Below, one piece after another: positions 1-9,761 of a stretch of DNA of 64,000 nucleotides. The position numbers were made by a program, and so were the translations under genes. The stretch's first letter is position 1; the number at the start of each line of letters is the position of its first letter. Source of the DNA: Fidelibacterota bacterium (lineage in GTDB: Bacteria; Fidelibacterota; JAANXI01). The notes under the pieces are model-generated. The model had not been told where the DNA came from. It worked only from the letters and a program-made list of their open reading frames with translations, and made no database searches. The stretch spans positions 6,165 to 70,164 of the forward strand of contig JAIPJS010000017.1 in assembly GCA_021734025.1 (NCBI GenBank), given 5' to 3'.

Positions 1-1
1 C

Positions 2-574
2 CGGGCAGATGAGGTACGGTTCGGTGCGCAGTTTAGCGTAGCGCTTCAGTTATCGGAACAGTTCGCGTTGAATGGTCGGCTGGATTATACCAACATGAAA
101 GTCTTACAGTATTGGGAACTCAGTCAAAGCGGGATGTTCCGGCTCCGGGAGATAAACGGCGTGGAAATCGTTGCCTTTGGATTTGACGCAGAAACTACCC
201 CGGCGGATTGGGTGCAGCTCATCGCCTCGCTGGAAATATATACCACATTTTATGATGATGCCGGTATAGCGATTGATGATGCAATTCCGTACCGCCCCCG
301 GTTGGAAGTTCCGATCAGAGCGGATTTCCAGTTGCCGAAGGAACTGACTCTGCAGGTAGAAAGTACTTACAGCGGGGAGCGGTATGTAGATTTGACAGGC
401 AGTACTACTCTGGAACCATATTGGCAACTCAACAGCACCCTTTCGAGAGATTTCGGAAAGCATTATACTGCGTTTTTTCAGGTCAATAATTTACTAAATC
501 AGAAGTATAACTCATGGGAGAACTATCCGGCGAGACGGTTCCGGATTCTCCTGGGTGTACAGGCGACATTTTAA
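2..574 (+). CDS. TonB-dependent receptor, C-terminal fragment (5' end outside window)
   Basis: Reading frame open to window start; C-terminal beta-barrel-like sequence ending in aromatic Phe (..LGVQATF); followed by exbB-exbD-tonB. Confidence 0.65.
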   Translation, partial: RADEVRFGAQFSVALQLSEQFALNGRLDYTNMKVLQYWELSQSGMFRLREINGVEIVAFGFDAETTPADWVQLIASLEIYTTFYDDAGIAIDDAIPYRPRLEVPIRADFQLPKELTLQVESTYSGERYVDLTGSTTLEPYWQLNSTLSRDFGKHYTAFFQVNNLLNQKYNSWENYPARRFRILLGVQATF

Positions 575-604
575 CTGACATGCTGGATTGAACAGGAGGC
601 ATAC

Positions 605-1243
605 ATGTCCATATTTGAGATACTCACTAAAGGCGGCTGGCTGATGATTCCCATCGGACTTGCGTCGATAATTGCGGTAGCCATACTCGTGGAGCGACTC
701 GTATCACTCCGCAAAATCAGGATTAATGCGGATGCGTTTATTAGTCGGGTCCATAATCTGCTGATGCGTGAGCGGGTGGATGAGGCAATCCGGACCTGTG
801 AGGCAACTCCGGGACCGGTCGCAGCCATTACCAAGGCGGGGCTCAAAAAGCATAATCGTTCAAGAGAAGAGATTAAGGACGCCATCGAAAGCGCGGCCGA
901 ATCCGAAGTCTACCATCTTGAACGGTATCTTGGTGTCCTGGGTACTATCGCAGCTATTGCGCCGCTTATTGGATTTTTGGGAACGGTGACCGGGATGATC
1001 AGGGCGTTTATCCAGATCCAAACTCTGGGCGGAAACGTAGATGCCAGCGTGCTGGCCGGAGGGATCTGGGAGGCACTGATTACGACTGCAGCGGGCCTGA
1101 GTGTCGGTATACCGTCGCTCATCTTCTACAACTGGCTGCAAGGGAAGGTAGAACATCACGTCTTCGAAATGCAGGAAAGTTCCAGTAATCTCCTGGATAT
1201 CCTGCTGGAGAGGGAGGCCGAGGATGAAGATAGAGACGAATAA
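605..1243 (+). CDS. exbB: MotA/TolQ/ExbB proton channel family protein
   Basis: 212 aa, three TM segments, typical ExbB/TolQ C-terminal core; AGGAGG-like RBS upstream; precedes exbD. Confidence 0.85.
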   Translation: MSIFEILTKGGWLMIPIGLASIIAVAILVERLVSLRKIRINADAFISRVHNLLMRERVDEAIRTCEATPGPVAAITKAGLKKHNRSREEIKDAIESAAESEVYHLERYLGVLGTIAAIAPLIGFLGTVTGMIRAFIQIQTLGGNVDASVLAGGIWEALITTAAGLSVGIPSLIFYNWLQGKVEHHVFEMQESSSNLLDILLEREAEDEDRDE

Positions 1244-1625
1244 AAAACGCATGGTGATGTTCTCAGCGATTTCGCTGACGGACATCGTCTTGCTCTTACT
1301 GATATTCTTTATGCTGACCTCGTCGTTCGTGGTGCAGCCCGGTATCAAGGTGCGTCTTCCCAAGGCGGCGTCCGGTCAGCAGGCCAACGAATCGCGCATC
1401 TTTCTGACGGTTACGAACAACGATCAGATTTTCCTGAACCAAAAGCTGATTTCCAGAGATGACCTGGGCCAGCGGCTTCGAACCTTACTCTCTGAAAATC
1501 CGGATCGACTTGTAATTATCCGCGCTGACAGAGACCTTTCTCTGGACAAAACCATTGAAATCATTGATGTCGCCAAGCTGGCCGGCGCAGAGCGGTTTAT
1601 GATTGCAACTCAAAAGGGAATGTAG
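1224..1625 (+). CDS. exbD: Biopolymer transport protein ExbD/TolR
   Basis: 133 aa, single N-terminal TM helix then periplasmic domain; overlaps exbB stop. Confidence 0.85.
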   Translation: MKIETNKKRMVMFSAISLTDIVLLLLIFFMLTSSFVVQPGIKVRLPKAASGQQANESRIFLTVTNNDQIFLNQKLISRDDLGQRLRTLLSENPDRLVIIRADRDLSLDKTIEIIDVAKLAGAERFMIATQKGM

Positions 1626-1636
1626 CACAGAAACAG

Positions 1637-2485
1637 ATGAAGCAGACTTTTATAGATATTTTTGCGGATTTGCGAAAGACTATTGCGGCCTCAGGGGTAC
1701 TGCATATCCTGATACTTCTGCTCCTGATGCTGATGAAAATCGGCATGGACGTTGAGCGCCCGGAATACGCAGAAATTAATTTTGTTGCAAGCCAGCAGGA
1801 GTCGTCGACGCCCACCCCGGCACCGCGAACAACGCAGCGTGAACAGGTGACACCAGAACCACCTGAGCAGGAGGCGCAGGAGGCTGAACAGGAAGAACCC
1901 GCTGAGCCGGAGGTCTCCCAGACCCAGGCCGCCGCACCACAAGCGCCGCCGGTAAATCTGCCGGAACGCCGTATGCAGGAGGAAGAGGACCCGGAGATAG
2001 TGAGACGCAATTCCGAAAAACTTAACCGGGATACGGGAACCGAACGGTTACCCATGCGCGCTGATGTATACGAGGAACGGAAAGCCGGGGATGTCTCCAA
2101 CAGAGAGGCAGAGGGCGAAAAGCTCTCAGCGAATCCGCAGCAGATGGACCTGCAAGATGAAGGGGTAGCACCTACGACTGAAGTCGGCGGTCCATCCGGC
2201 GAGCAGCCGTTTCAGATCACCGGAGAAGCTGCGGAGCGCTCCATCCTGAGCAAAACTATTCCCGAGTACCCGCAGGATCTCCAGCGTGAGGCGGTGATTC
2301 GTATCAGATTTACAGTGACGCCCGACGGCAGGGTTGGCCAGATGATCCCGGTACAGAAGGACTATCCCGAGCTGGAGGCGCTCACTCTGGATGCTCTGAA
2401 AGAATGGCGGTTCAACCCGCTGCCCCCCAGTGCTGAACAGCGTGCAGTGGAGGGGATAATTACATTTCGATATGTGCTTGAGTGA
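1637..2485 (+). CDS. tonB: TonB family energy transducer
   Basis: N-terminal TM anchor, Pro/Glu-rich linker, C-terminal TonB-like domain; third gene after exbB-exbD. Confidence 0.75.
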   Translation: MKQTFIDIFADLRKTIAASGVLHILILLLLMLMKIGMDVERPEYAEINFVASQQESSTPTPAPRTTQREQVTPEPPEQEAQEAEQEEPAEPEVSQTQAAAPQAPPVNLPERRMQEEEDPEIVRRNSEKLNRDTGTERLPMRADVYEERKAGDVSNREAEGEKLSANPQQMDLQDEGVAPTTEVGGPSGEQPFQITGEAAERSILSKTIPEYPQDLQREAVIRIRFTVTPDGRVGQMIPVQKDYPELEALTLDALKEWRFNPLPPSAEQRAVEGIITFRYVLE

Positions 2486-2705
2486 CTCGGTGTGTTTCAT
2501 ATTATAAATAGACAAATTCCCGGTTCCCTGAATTCGTTGTACTGACAGAACACAATACTTATATATTTCTTCAACCTTCCACCTTCTGCAAATCAGAATT
2601 TTTGCAAGTACGAGGATTATCTTCCTGAATATTGGTGGAAATCCAGCATCGATCATCCTACTTTTTTATAATTCCGTTCATTAATACGCCCCACGGATAC
2701 ATTCC

Positions 2706-4550
2706 ATGAAACGTTTGCGATTTCTCCTTGCCGGAATTTGGTTAACGGTTGCCGTCACGGTACTGGTTGCGAAACCAGTGGACGATCCGGCCTCGCTGGC
2801 AAACATTAAAGACGTTCGGATAACACACCTCGATCTACATTTGGATGTGGATTTCGAAAAAAAAGTCCTCCGGGGTCATGTCACGCTCAGTTTGAACAAT
2901 CTCACCGGCACGGACACGCTCATCCTGGATTCCCGGGGCCTCAAAATTCAAAAAGTCACCACTGGAGAATCCGGGCAGCCGGTGCAGTATTCTCTGGGTG
3001 AGTATGTGCTACACCTTGGGCGACCACTCCAGATACTTATTACGCCGGAGACAGAGATGGTAACCGTGTATTACGAGACCAGCGATGATGCGGGGGCGTT
3101 ACAGTGGTGTTCTCCCGAGCAGACCGCCGGCGGCTCGGCACCATTTCTGTACAGTCAATCCCAATTTATAGAGGCCCGATCCTGGATCCCGCTGCAGGAT
3201 TCGCCTGGTGTCCGGATGACTTATTCGGCGACTATCACTGTGCCTAAGGGGTATCTGGCGTTGATGGCAGCGGAAAACCGGCAAACTATTGATAGCAGCG
3301 GAATATATCACTTCGAAATGCCACAACCGATACCGTCATATTTGATGGCCCTGGCAGTCGGAAAACTTGAATATCGGGTCCTCGGCGAACGAGCGGGAGT
3401 GTATGCCGAGCCCGCCTTAGTGGAAAAGGCCGCCCGGGAATTTTCCGGAACCGGAAAGATGGTGAAAGTAGCTGAAGACTTGTACGGACCGTATCAGTGG
3501 GAGCAGTTTGATATCCTGACCCTTCCACCAAGCTTCCCGTTTGGGGGTATGGAAAACCCAAGGTTGACGTTTGCTACACCGACAATAATTACCGGCGACC
3601 GGTCACTGGTTTCGGTTATAGCACATGAACTGGCGCATGCCTGGTCCGGTAATTTGGTTACCAACGCCACCTGGAATGACTTCTGGCTAAACGAAGGGTT
3701 TACCACTTATTTTGAACGGCGGATTACCGAAGCAACAAAAGGGCGAGCGTACGCCAGCATGCTTACAAAACTTGATTACGACGGGCTCCAGGCAGCCGTA
3801 CAGAGAATAGGACCTGAAAACTCTGCGACGGCATTGAAAAGAGAGTATGGCGCCCGGGATCCGGCGGATTTTTATAACTGGATACCCTATGTCAAAGGCA
3901 TGTTTTTTCTCCGGATGCTGGAAGAGGAGTTCGGTCGGCGTCGATTTGATGCATTTCTTGAAGACTATTTTAAAACCCACAGATTTCAGTCGGTGACCAC
4001 TGAAGGTTTTTTGGAATATCTCAGGGAACACCTACTGAACAATAATTCCGCCCTGGAGCGTGAACTTTACATCCGTGAGTGGATCTATGAGCCCGGGATA
4101 CCGGCGAATTGTCCGGTGGTTTCATCGCCGGAGCTGGAAAGGGTGGCCAATAATGCTAAGCAGTATTTGGAAGAGACCGATGCCTCCGTCATTGATACCA
4201 GCGGATGGACGGCGCGTCACTGGGATTATTTTTTCAGCCGCCTTCCGGATACTCTCTCCATGGAACAGATGGCCGTACTGGATGAAGCGTTTGGTCTTAC
4301 GGAGTCCGCAAATGCAAGAATCCAGCGGGAGTGGTATCAGCTTGCAATCCACAGTGGCTATGGAAAGGCATATACGGCAATACGAGAATATTTATTGACT
4401 GTCGGCCGGATTAGCCTCATCAGACCAGTGTATCGGGCGCTCGCTTCAACAAAAGTCGGTGCAGCCCGGGCACAGCTCATTTACGAGTCTGCCAAATCCG
4501 GCTATCACCCTATGACCAGAGAGGCAATTGAACGGGTGCTAGGTCCATAG
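2706..4550 (+). CDS. M1 family zinc aminopeptidase (leukotriene A4 hydrolase-like), secreted
   Basis: Signal peptide; HEXXH-type zinc motif VIAHELAHAWSGNLVTN plus downstream NEGFTTY glutamate motif. Confidence 0.85.
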   Translation: MKRLRFLLAGIWLTVAVTVLVAKPVDDPASLANIKDVRITHLDLHLDVDFEKKVLRGHVTLSLNNLTGTDTLILDSRGLKIQKVTTGESGQPVQYSLGEYVLHLGRPLQILITPETEMVTVYYETSDDAGALQWCSPEQTAGGSAPFLYSQSQFIEARSWIPLQDSPGVRMTYSATITVPKGYLALMAAENRQTIDSSGIYHFEMPQPIPSYLMALAVGKLEYRVLGERAGVYAEPALVEKAAREFSGTGKMVKVAEDLYGPYQWEQFDILTLPPSFPFGGMENPRLTFATPTIITGDRSLVSVIAHELAHAWSGNLVTNATWNDFWLNEGFTTYFERRITEATKGRAYASMLTKLDYDGLQAAVQRIGPENSATALKREYGARDPADFYNWIPYVKGMFFLRMLEEEFGRRRFDAFLEDYFKTHRFQSVTTEGFLEYLREHLLNNNSALERELYIREWIYEPGIPANCPVVSSPELERVANNAKQYLEETDASVIDTSGWTARHWDYFFSRLPDTLSMEQMAVLDEAFGLTESANARIQREWYQLAIHSGYGKAYTAIREYLLTVGRISLIRPVYRALASTKVGAARAQLIYESAKSGYHPMTREAIERVLGP

Positions 4551-4687
4551 GTACTCTGAGTTGAGTCGGTAATGGAGTATCTATCTACAAAATTATCCGC
4601 ACTGCCAAAAAATATGTGTTACGCTGATAGTGTTTCATGTAAGAAAACCGCTGCAATCGTCCGGGTTTTCTTTGTATATTTCCTTCT

Positions 4688-5641
4688 ATGGAGATACATG
4701 AAAATATAGCGCTCAGAGAACGGAATTGGTTTCGCACCGGCGGCCCCGCCGAGTATTATTGTGAACCGCAGAATTCGGCCGATTTTTCCAGGGCTCTTAC
4801 ATTCGCGCTGGAGAAGAATTTCCCGCTCTTTTTCCTTGGAGAAGGTGCTAATATCCTGGTGAGTGACGCCGGATTCCCAGGTCTGGTCGTACACCCGAAC
4901 AATACCGATATCAAAATCCTCTCCGAGGATAGGGACGAAGTATTGATCAGAGCGGGCAGTGGTGTAAGTATGCAAACCCTTATCGATTATTGCCTGGAGC
5001 GAAATTGCATCGGTCTGGAAGATTTTAGCGGTATCCCCGGAACCGTCGGTGGAGCGGTCTATATCAATCTCCATTATTTTGAGTATCTGCTGGCTGATTT
5101 TTTTGACCGGGGCACGGTCATCGATAAAAAAACAGGAGAGATCGAGGAGAAAGATCTCGATTGGTTCCGGTTTGGGTATGACGAATCCCGCCTGCACGAT
5201 GATGAGCATTATTTGATAGATGCGACGTTTCGCCTACGGCGGGTTTCGGAAACCGAAAGCGCATATGCTCGTGGCCGTCGTGACGAGATTATCCGGCATC
5301 GGGATCGCCGGTATCCGGATTCCAATACCTGTGGGAGTTTTTTCCGGAATTTCCATCCGGGGGAAGTGACACTGACGATAGATGGTGAGCCCATGCTTTA
5401 TGTGGCGTACTATTTGGACAAACTTGGCGTGAAAGGGGCACTGCAGGTAGGAGGGGCTCGAATCTCATCAAAACATGCCAATATGCTTGTCACCAACGAA
5501 GTTGCTAAATCTGAGGATGTGATTAAACTTGCCCGGACTATGCAACGCATGGTCAATGAAGAGTACGGCATTGTGCCACAACCGGAATGCCAACTCGTTG
5601 GATTTGACAGTTATCCGCTCATGCAAACGGAGGGTGAATAA
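4688..5641 (+). CDS. murB: UDP-N-acetylenolpyruvoylglucosamine reductase
   Basis: FAD-binding N-terminal region (WFRTGGPAEYY.., FFLGEGANILV) and MurB-like C-terminal domain. Confidence 0.8.
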   Translation: MEIHENIALRERNWFRTGGPAEYYCEPQNSADFSRALTFALEKNFPLFFLGEGANILVSDAGFPGLVVHPNNTDIKILSEDRDEVLIRAGSGVSMQTLIDYCLERNCIGLEDFSGIPGTVGGAVYINLHYFEYLLADFFDRGTVIDKKTGEIEEKDLDWFRFGYDESRLHDDEHYLIDATFRLRRVSETESAYARGRRDEIIRHRDRRYPDSNTCGSFFRNFHPGEVTLTIDGEPMLYVAYYLDKLGVKGALQVGGARISSKHANMLVTNEVAKSEDVIKLARTMQRMVNEEYGIVPQPECQLVGFDSYPLMQTEGE

Positions 5642-5647
5642 GAGCAG

Positions 5648-5965
5648 ATGTTTCATTTTATCGTATCGTGGGAAATATACATTCAGGGTGAAAAGTGGGA
5701 CGAAATCAACGACCGGCTGAAGGTTTGCCTGGACGGTTTCAATATCGTCAAGCTGCTGAAAACCACCTATGTGGTGAAACTTGAGGAGCAACAACAATAT
5801 GCCGAATTGCACAAAAAGTGGTCGGATATTGCGGAGGAATTTCAGGGGAATCTTGAGTTTGTGATGAGTCCGCTAATGAAGGCCGGACAATATGCAGGAT
5901 ATTTTCGCCGGGAAAAGTGGGACAAACTGACCTCCGAATTGGGCAACGGGCAACACAACCACTGA
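5648..5965 (+). CDS. hypothetical protein (105 aa)
   Basis: ORF immediately after murB stop with GGAGG-like sequence upstream; no recognisable motif. Confidence 0.35.
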   Translation: MFHFIVSWEIYIQGEKWDEINDRLKVCLDGFNIVKLLKTTYVVKLEEQQQYAELHKKWSDIAEEFQGNLEFVMSPLMKAGQYAGYFRREKWDKLTSELGNGQHNH

Positions 5966-6086
5966 TTTATATCTGTCAACGGTTTTAAGGAACAATGCCA
6001 GGGAGACCAGCTTCCCGGAATCGTATTACATGTGTGCAATTATCGGCATAAAGAGGCACAAATTGATGAATATTCCCAGATTTTAT

Positions 6087-6115
6087 TTGACATTCGGTTC
6101 ATCTCGTAGTAAATA
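6087..6115 (+). promoter_or_regulatory. sigma70-like promoter candidate (TTGACA-N17-TAAATA)
   Basis: -35 TTGACA at 6087-6092, 17-nt spacer, -10-like TAAATA at 6110-6115, about 130 bp upstream of the 6243 ORF. Confidence 0.3.
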
Positions 6116-6242
6116 TCCAACGATTTGCAGCTCAGAAATCGGTTGAGTTGAATTCGCTAACTCATGGATTCTACTGCCAATTCCATATTTTACGGATGGT
6201 CACCATTACCACACGATTTGTAGGATTTCCCCGGAGGATTAG

Positions 6243-6629
6243 ATGAAAAGTATCCTGGAACGATCTTGGATTATAGCGGTATTCAGCACTTTTGGCTTCG
6301 TAGGACTGGTTGGCTTTCTGCTACAGAGTATATTTGGGCTCGATTTGAATCTTTACGTACCATTGGCAGCGATGATGTTTGTTAGTGGTTTGTACGGGTT
6401 AATCGGCATCTATATGCTGACGGTGAAAAAAGCCGAACCGGGCAAAGAATGGGGTAAAAATCCCTGGAGTAATTTCTGCTTTGCTGTTGGGCTGTTTGCA
6501 CTGGGGATTCTCTTGCTTGTGCATAATACCATTAGTATGTCCGGTTTCGTAGTCCTCGGACTATTTTCCCTGGTTTTTGTCTTTGGGTTTTTTATCGATG
6601 AAAGTATGCAGGATCAAAGTATAGTCTGA
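6243..6629 (+). CDS. hypothetical integral membrane protein (4 predicted TM helices)
   Basis: GGAGG RBS 6 nt upstream of ATG; strongly hydrophobic segments. Confidence 0.55.
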   Translation: MKSILERSWIIAVFSTFGFVGLVGFLLQSIFGLDLNLYVPLAAMMFVSGLYGLIGIYMLTVKKAEPGKEWGKNPWSNFCFAVGLFALGILLLVHNTISMSGFVVLGLFSLVFVFGFFIDESMQDQSIV

Positions 6630-6800
6630 CAGAATTCGCCATTTATGAGGAATTGAAAAGATTCCTGACATTTGCAATCGTGGTACCTTTAGGATGAGAT
6701 ATCCCAAACAATTGGGTTGGGCGGCGTATCGAATTTCATTATTTTATATATACACTTTGGTGTTCGATTCTCCGAAGTCAGTAAAACAGGAGGATATCCG

Positions 6801-7242
6801 ATGAAAAAAGTGATCCTGCTTAGCAGCACTCTACTATTCCTTACCGCTTGTGGACTCCATTTTGTTAAGGACGGGCCAGTGCACCGTGAAAATCCTGATG
6901 GGAGCGAAGAGAGAAGTACCAGTTTCTCAATTTATTCCAACAAGACCGAAGATACGCTGGAACGCGCCCGCCACCTGGCATCTAAACAGGAATTTCAAAA
7001 AGCCATACATTTATATACATCGGGTGTACGAGGATTCGACACTCAAATCCGAGTACAGGGCCGATGCCCTGTATCATATGGGATCCCTGCACGGAAATTT
7101 TTTCAATGATAACAGGGATCTCGAAAAAGCGCATGAACTTCTTACCCGCCTCGTAAACGATTTTCCACTTTCTGATTTCCGGGATCGGGCGGAAAAACGC
7201 ATTGCGGAAATTGAGCGTCAGATGGCTAACACTGAAGATTAA
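6801..7242 (+). pseudogene. TPR-like lipoprotein (BamD/YbgF-like C-terminus) interrupted by a +1 frameshift near 7005-7022
   Basis: AGGAGG RBS and lipoprotein signal peptide (MKKVILLSSTLLFLTACG) in frame 0; TPR-like C-terminal region (..YRADALYHMGSLH..LVNDFPLSDF..RIAEIE) continues in frame +1; switch lies in duplicated hexamer ATACATTTATATACAT. Confidence 0.5.
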
Positions 7243-7427
7243 CCGATCCTCTCAGTAATCCAACAGATCCGCAATGGAGAAATTGTCTTCGGAACCTGTC
7301 CCGTGACAGGATTGCGACATCTCATCGCCGGAAAACTATCGCAAGATCACATTTCTCTTTAACCTTTCTCCCGTTTCATCGTATCATAAATAAAATTCGC
7401 TTTTCACCGGCTGTACCCTGAAAACCG

Positions 7428-7988
7428 ATGACCACCTCCAAATCAACCTATGAACGCACACTGTTGCACCGTTGCCGAAACGGGAACACCAACGCCTTTT
7501 CGGAGATCGTGAAGCAATACCAATCCTATGCCTATTCTCTCGCCATACGGCTGCTGTGGAATGCGGAAGACGCGGAGGACGCAGTGCAGGAGTGCTTTCT
7601 CCGGATTTGGAAGAATTTCGCCTCCTATGATCCGGAGAGAAAATTTACGACCTGGCTGTATACTATCGTGACCAATATCTGCTATGATATGCTTCGGAGA
7701 CGTCAGCGTGACACAGAGCTTAGAGGGAAGGACAGCGTCGATATTTCCGAGTTACAACACGCTCCCAGAAATTCAGCCAATACCGCTGATACGATAGTGC
7801 AATTGAAATGCCTGGCCAGCGGATTACCGGTACAGCAGCGGCTGGTCTTTATCCTGCGGGACGTGCAGGATCTGTCTGTTTTTGAGACGGCGGAAATTTT
7901 GGCCATCTCGGAGAATGCGGTGAAGAGCAATCTCTATTATGCCCGACGTGCTCTTCGCGAGCGATATCGTCAACTTATGAAACAGTGA
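7428..7988 (+). CDS. ECF-type RNA polymerase sigma-70 factor
   Basis: Sigma-70 region 2 and region 4 like segments (..QECFLRIW.., ..SVFETAEILAISENAVKSNLYYAR..). Confidence 0.9.
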   Translation: MTTSKSTYERTLLHRCRNGNTNAFSEIVKQYQSYAYSLAIRLLWNAEDAEDAVQECFLRIWKNFASYDPERKFTTWLYTIVTNICYDMLRRRQRDTELRGKDSVDISELQHAPRNSANTADTIVQLKCLASGLPVQQRLVFILRDVQDLSVFETAEILAISENAVKSNLYYARRALRERYRQLMKQ

Positions 7989-7996
7989 ACAGACCA

Positions 7997-8722
7997 ATGA
8001 AATGTAACGAAATACAGCAGTACTTGTATCTCTATCGGGACGATGAACTTCATGACGAGCCACGGAAATTACTCCGGGATCATCTTGACTCCTGTCCGAC
8101 ATGTTTGGCTGAATCAGATAACATTTCGGAGATAGCAGAGTTAATTAATCTCTTCAGAGCAAGCGTGCTTACACCGGAAAATCCGGATCATCTCCACTCC
8201 AGGATAATGCACTCCATTCCAAAGAAGAGAGGGCGACCCGTCCGCACTTCGATATTTGATCGACTTCTCAGTCGATTGACCGTTCGAAAGATCCGGATTG
8301 CGTTCGCAGGTACTGTGGTATTTTTCATCGCCATCTTCCTGGCTGAGCAGACGCTCCTTATAAAAAAACTCACGGCGCTGGAGGACCGGATGTCAACGCA
8401 AAGGGAACCGTCTCAGTTGCAAGCGCCGGACTGGTACCGGGCGCTGCAGGCGATGGAACCGGCAAATGTTTCACTGACCGAACTCTCCCTGGAAGACTTG
8501 CTGGGATTATTACCGAAACAGCTGAGAAACGATGTACCAAATCAACTGCCGGCAGAAATAAATAATCGGAGTTTGGCGTCTATAGTAAGCAGAGGCATCT
8601 CTCCTGCCGAACGCCGGCTCCTGGAGCGGGCAGGAATTGAAACCGAACTGTTGCGGAGACGATTTTCCACAGACCAACTCCGCCGCTTCGCGGAACAGGA
8701 GGATATCTCATGGCTGGATTAA
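7997..8722 (+). CDS. zinc-finger anti-sigma factor, single TM helix
   Basis: Directly downstream of and overlapping the sigma gene; N-terminal H-x3-C-x2-C motif (HLDSCPTCL); central TM helix. Supplied ORF begins at GTG 7985; ATG 7997 preferred. Confidence 0.7.
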   Translation: MKCNEIQQYLYLYRDDELHDEPRKLLRDHLDSCPTCLAESDNISEIAELINLFRASVLTPENPDHLHSRIMHSIPKKRGRPVRTSIFDRLLSRLTVRKIRIAFAGTVVFFIAIFLAEQTLLIKKLTALEDRMSTQREPSQLQAPDWYRALQAMEPANVSLTELSLEDLLGLLPKQLRNDVPNQLPAEINNRSLASIVSRGISPAERRLLERAGIETELLRRRFSTDQLRRFAEQEDISWLD

Positions 8723-9708
8723 AAAAGATCAGCGTCATCATAACATTGACGGCAACGCTGCTCGCGTTATCCAATTGCAGGGAAATCACCACCACTACCC
8801 GGATATTATCCGATGGCTCCTGTGAGCGGACTGTTGAAGTATCCAGTGACCCCGAAAGTAGCGTATTTCCGATACCCGGCGACAGCACCTGGACGATAAC
8901 CCGCACTACCGAAGGGAAAGACAGCGTGGATGTTTATGCCGCAACAAAGAAGTTTCCGGCGGTTTCGGCACTTCAGGAGGAGTATCCAATGCAATCAAAT
9001 TCCGGAGTAAATGTACCTGTGACGATTGAGTTACGCTCCGGATTCGGACTATTCTTTCGGTATCTGCGATATGAAGAGATCTATGGCCGGTACAATCCGC
9101 TCTCTCATATTCCGATCGCCGAGTACCTCAGCGAGATTGAGATACAACAATACACTGCCGGGGATGATAGCACGGAAATCGAGGAGCGTGTCGATGAGTG
9201 GCGGGCTCACAATCTCTATGCAGAGATGGAAAATGCGCTAATAGTTGGTGCAAAACAAAAGCAGCTTACGGAAATAAATACGGAAACATTGGCACAATAC
9301 AGGGATACTCTTTTGATTACGGTAATTGAGGAGGCTGACAGCACAGATGACCTCCTGGAGATCTTTTCTGAGTATCTTGGTACTGACCAGGTGTGGGAAC
9401 TCGCTGACACGGTCGATCAAGTATATAAGCGGATTGAAACGGTTATTGAACGGTTGACCGACCTGGCGTTGGACGATTTCACGAACCGGGTGGTGATGCC
9501 CGGATTACTCATGGATACCAATGCCAAATCCCTGGAGGGGAATATGGCCCTCTGGCAGTTTGAGGGCGGAGTCTTCGAGTTCCGCGACAAGGTCATGTGG
9601 GCCGAATCCCGTCTGCTGAATTGGTGGGGGATCGGCATTGTGCTGGGGGCCTTGGTGTTGCTCGGTGTATTACTGTTCATCGCGGTCAGGCGGAAGAGAA
9701 CGGGCTGA
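8710..9708 (+). CDS. hypothetical lipoprotein with C-terminal TM anchor
   Basis: AGGAGG RBS; signal peptide with lipobox-like LSNC; C-terminal hydrophobic helix followed by RRKRTG; overlaps anti-sigma gene end. Confidence 0.6.
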   Translation: MAGLKKISVIITLTATLLALSNCREITTTTRILSDGSCERTVEVSSDPESSVFPIPGDSTWTITRTTEGKDSVDVYAATKKFPAVSALQEEYPMQSNSGVNVPVTIELRSGFGLFFRYLRYEEIYGRYNPLSHIPIAEYLSEIEIQQYTAGDDSTEIEERVDEWRAHNLYAEMENALIVGAKQKQLTEINTETLAQYRDTLLITVIEEADSTDDLLEIFSEYLGTDQVWELADTVDQVYKRIETVIERLTDLALDDFTNRVVMPGLLMDTNAKSLEGNMALWQFEGGVFEFRDKVMWAESRLLNWWGIGIVLGALVLLGVLLFIAVRRKRTG

Positions 9709-9761
9709 AGTAACACTTCACAGCTGTCAATTTCCTCAGTGGGTAATTATATTTGCTACTT

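Noticed and set aside
2126-2656. 176-aa minus-strand ORF
   Set aside because: Overlaps the 3' end of tonB and the AT-rich promoter region of the aminopeptidase; no RBS, no motif
4619-5209. 196-aa minus-strand ORF
   Set aside because: Antisense to murB
6850-7242. Independent 130-aa ORF in frame +1
   Set aside because: Its N-terminal part is not protein-like and has no RBS; better explained as the C-terminal half of the frameshifted lipoprotein gene starting at 6801
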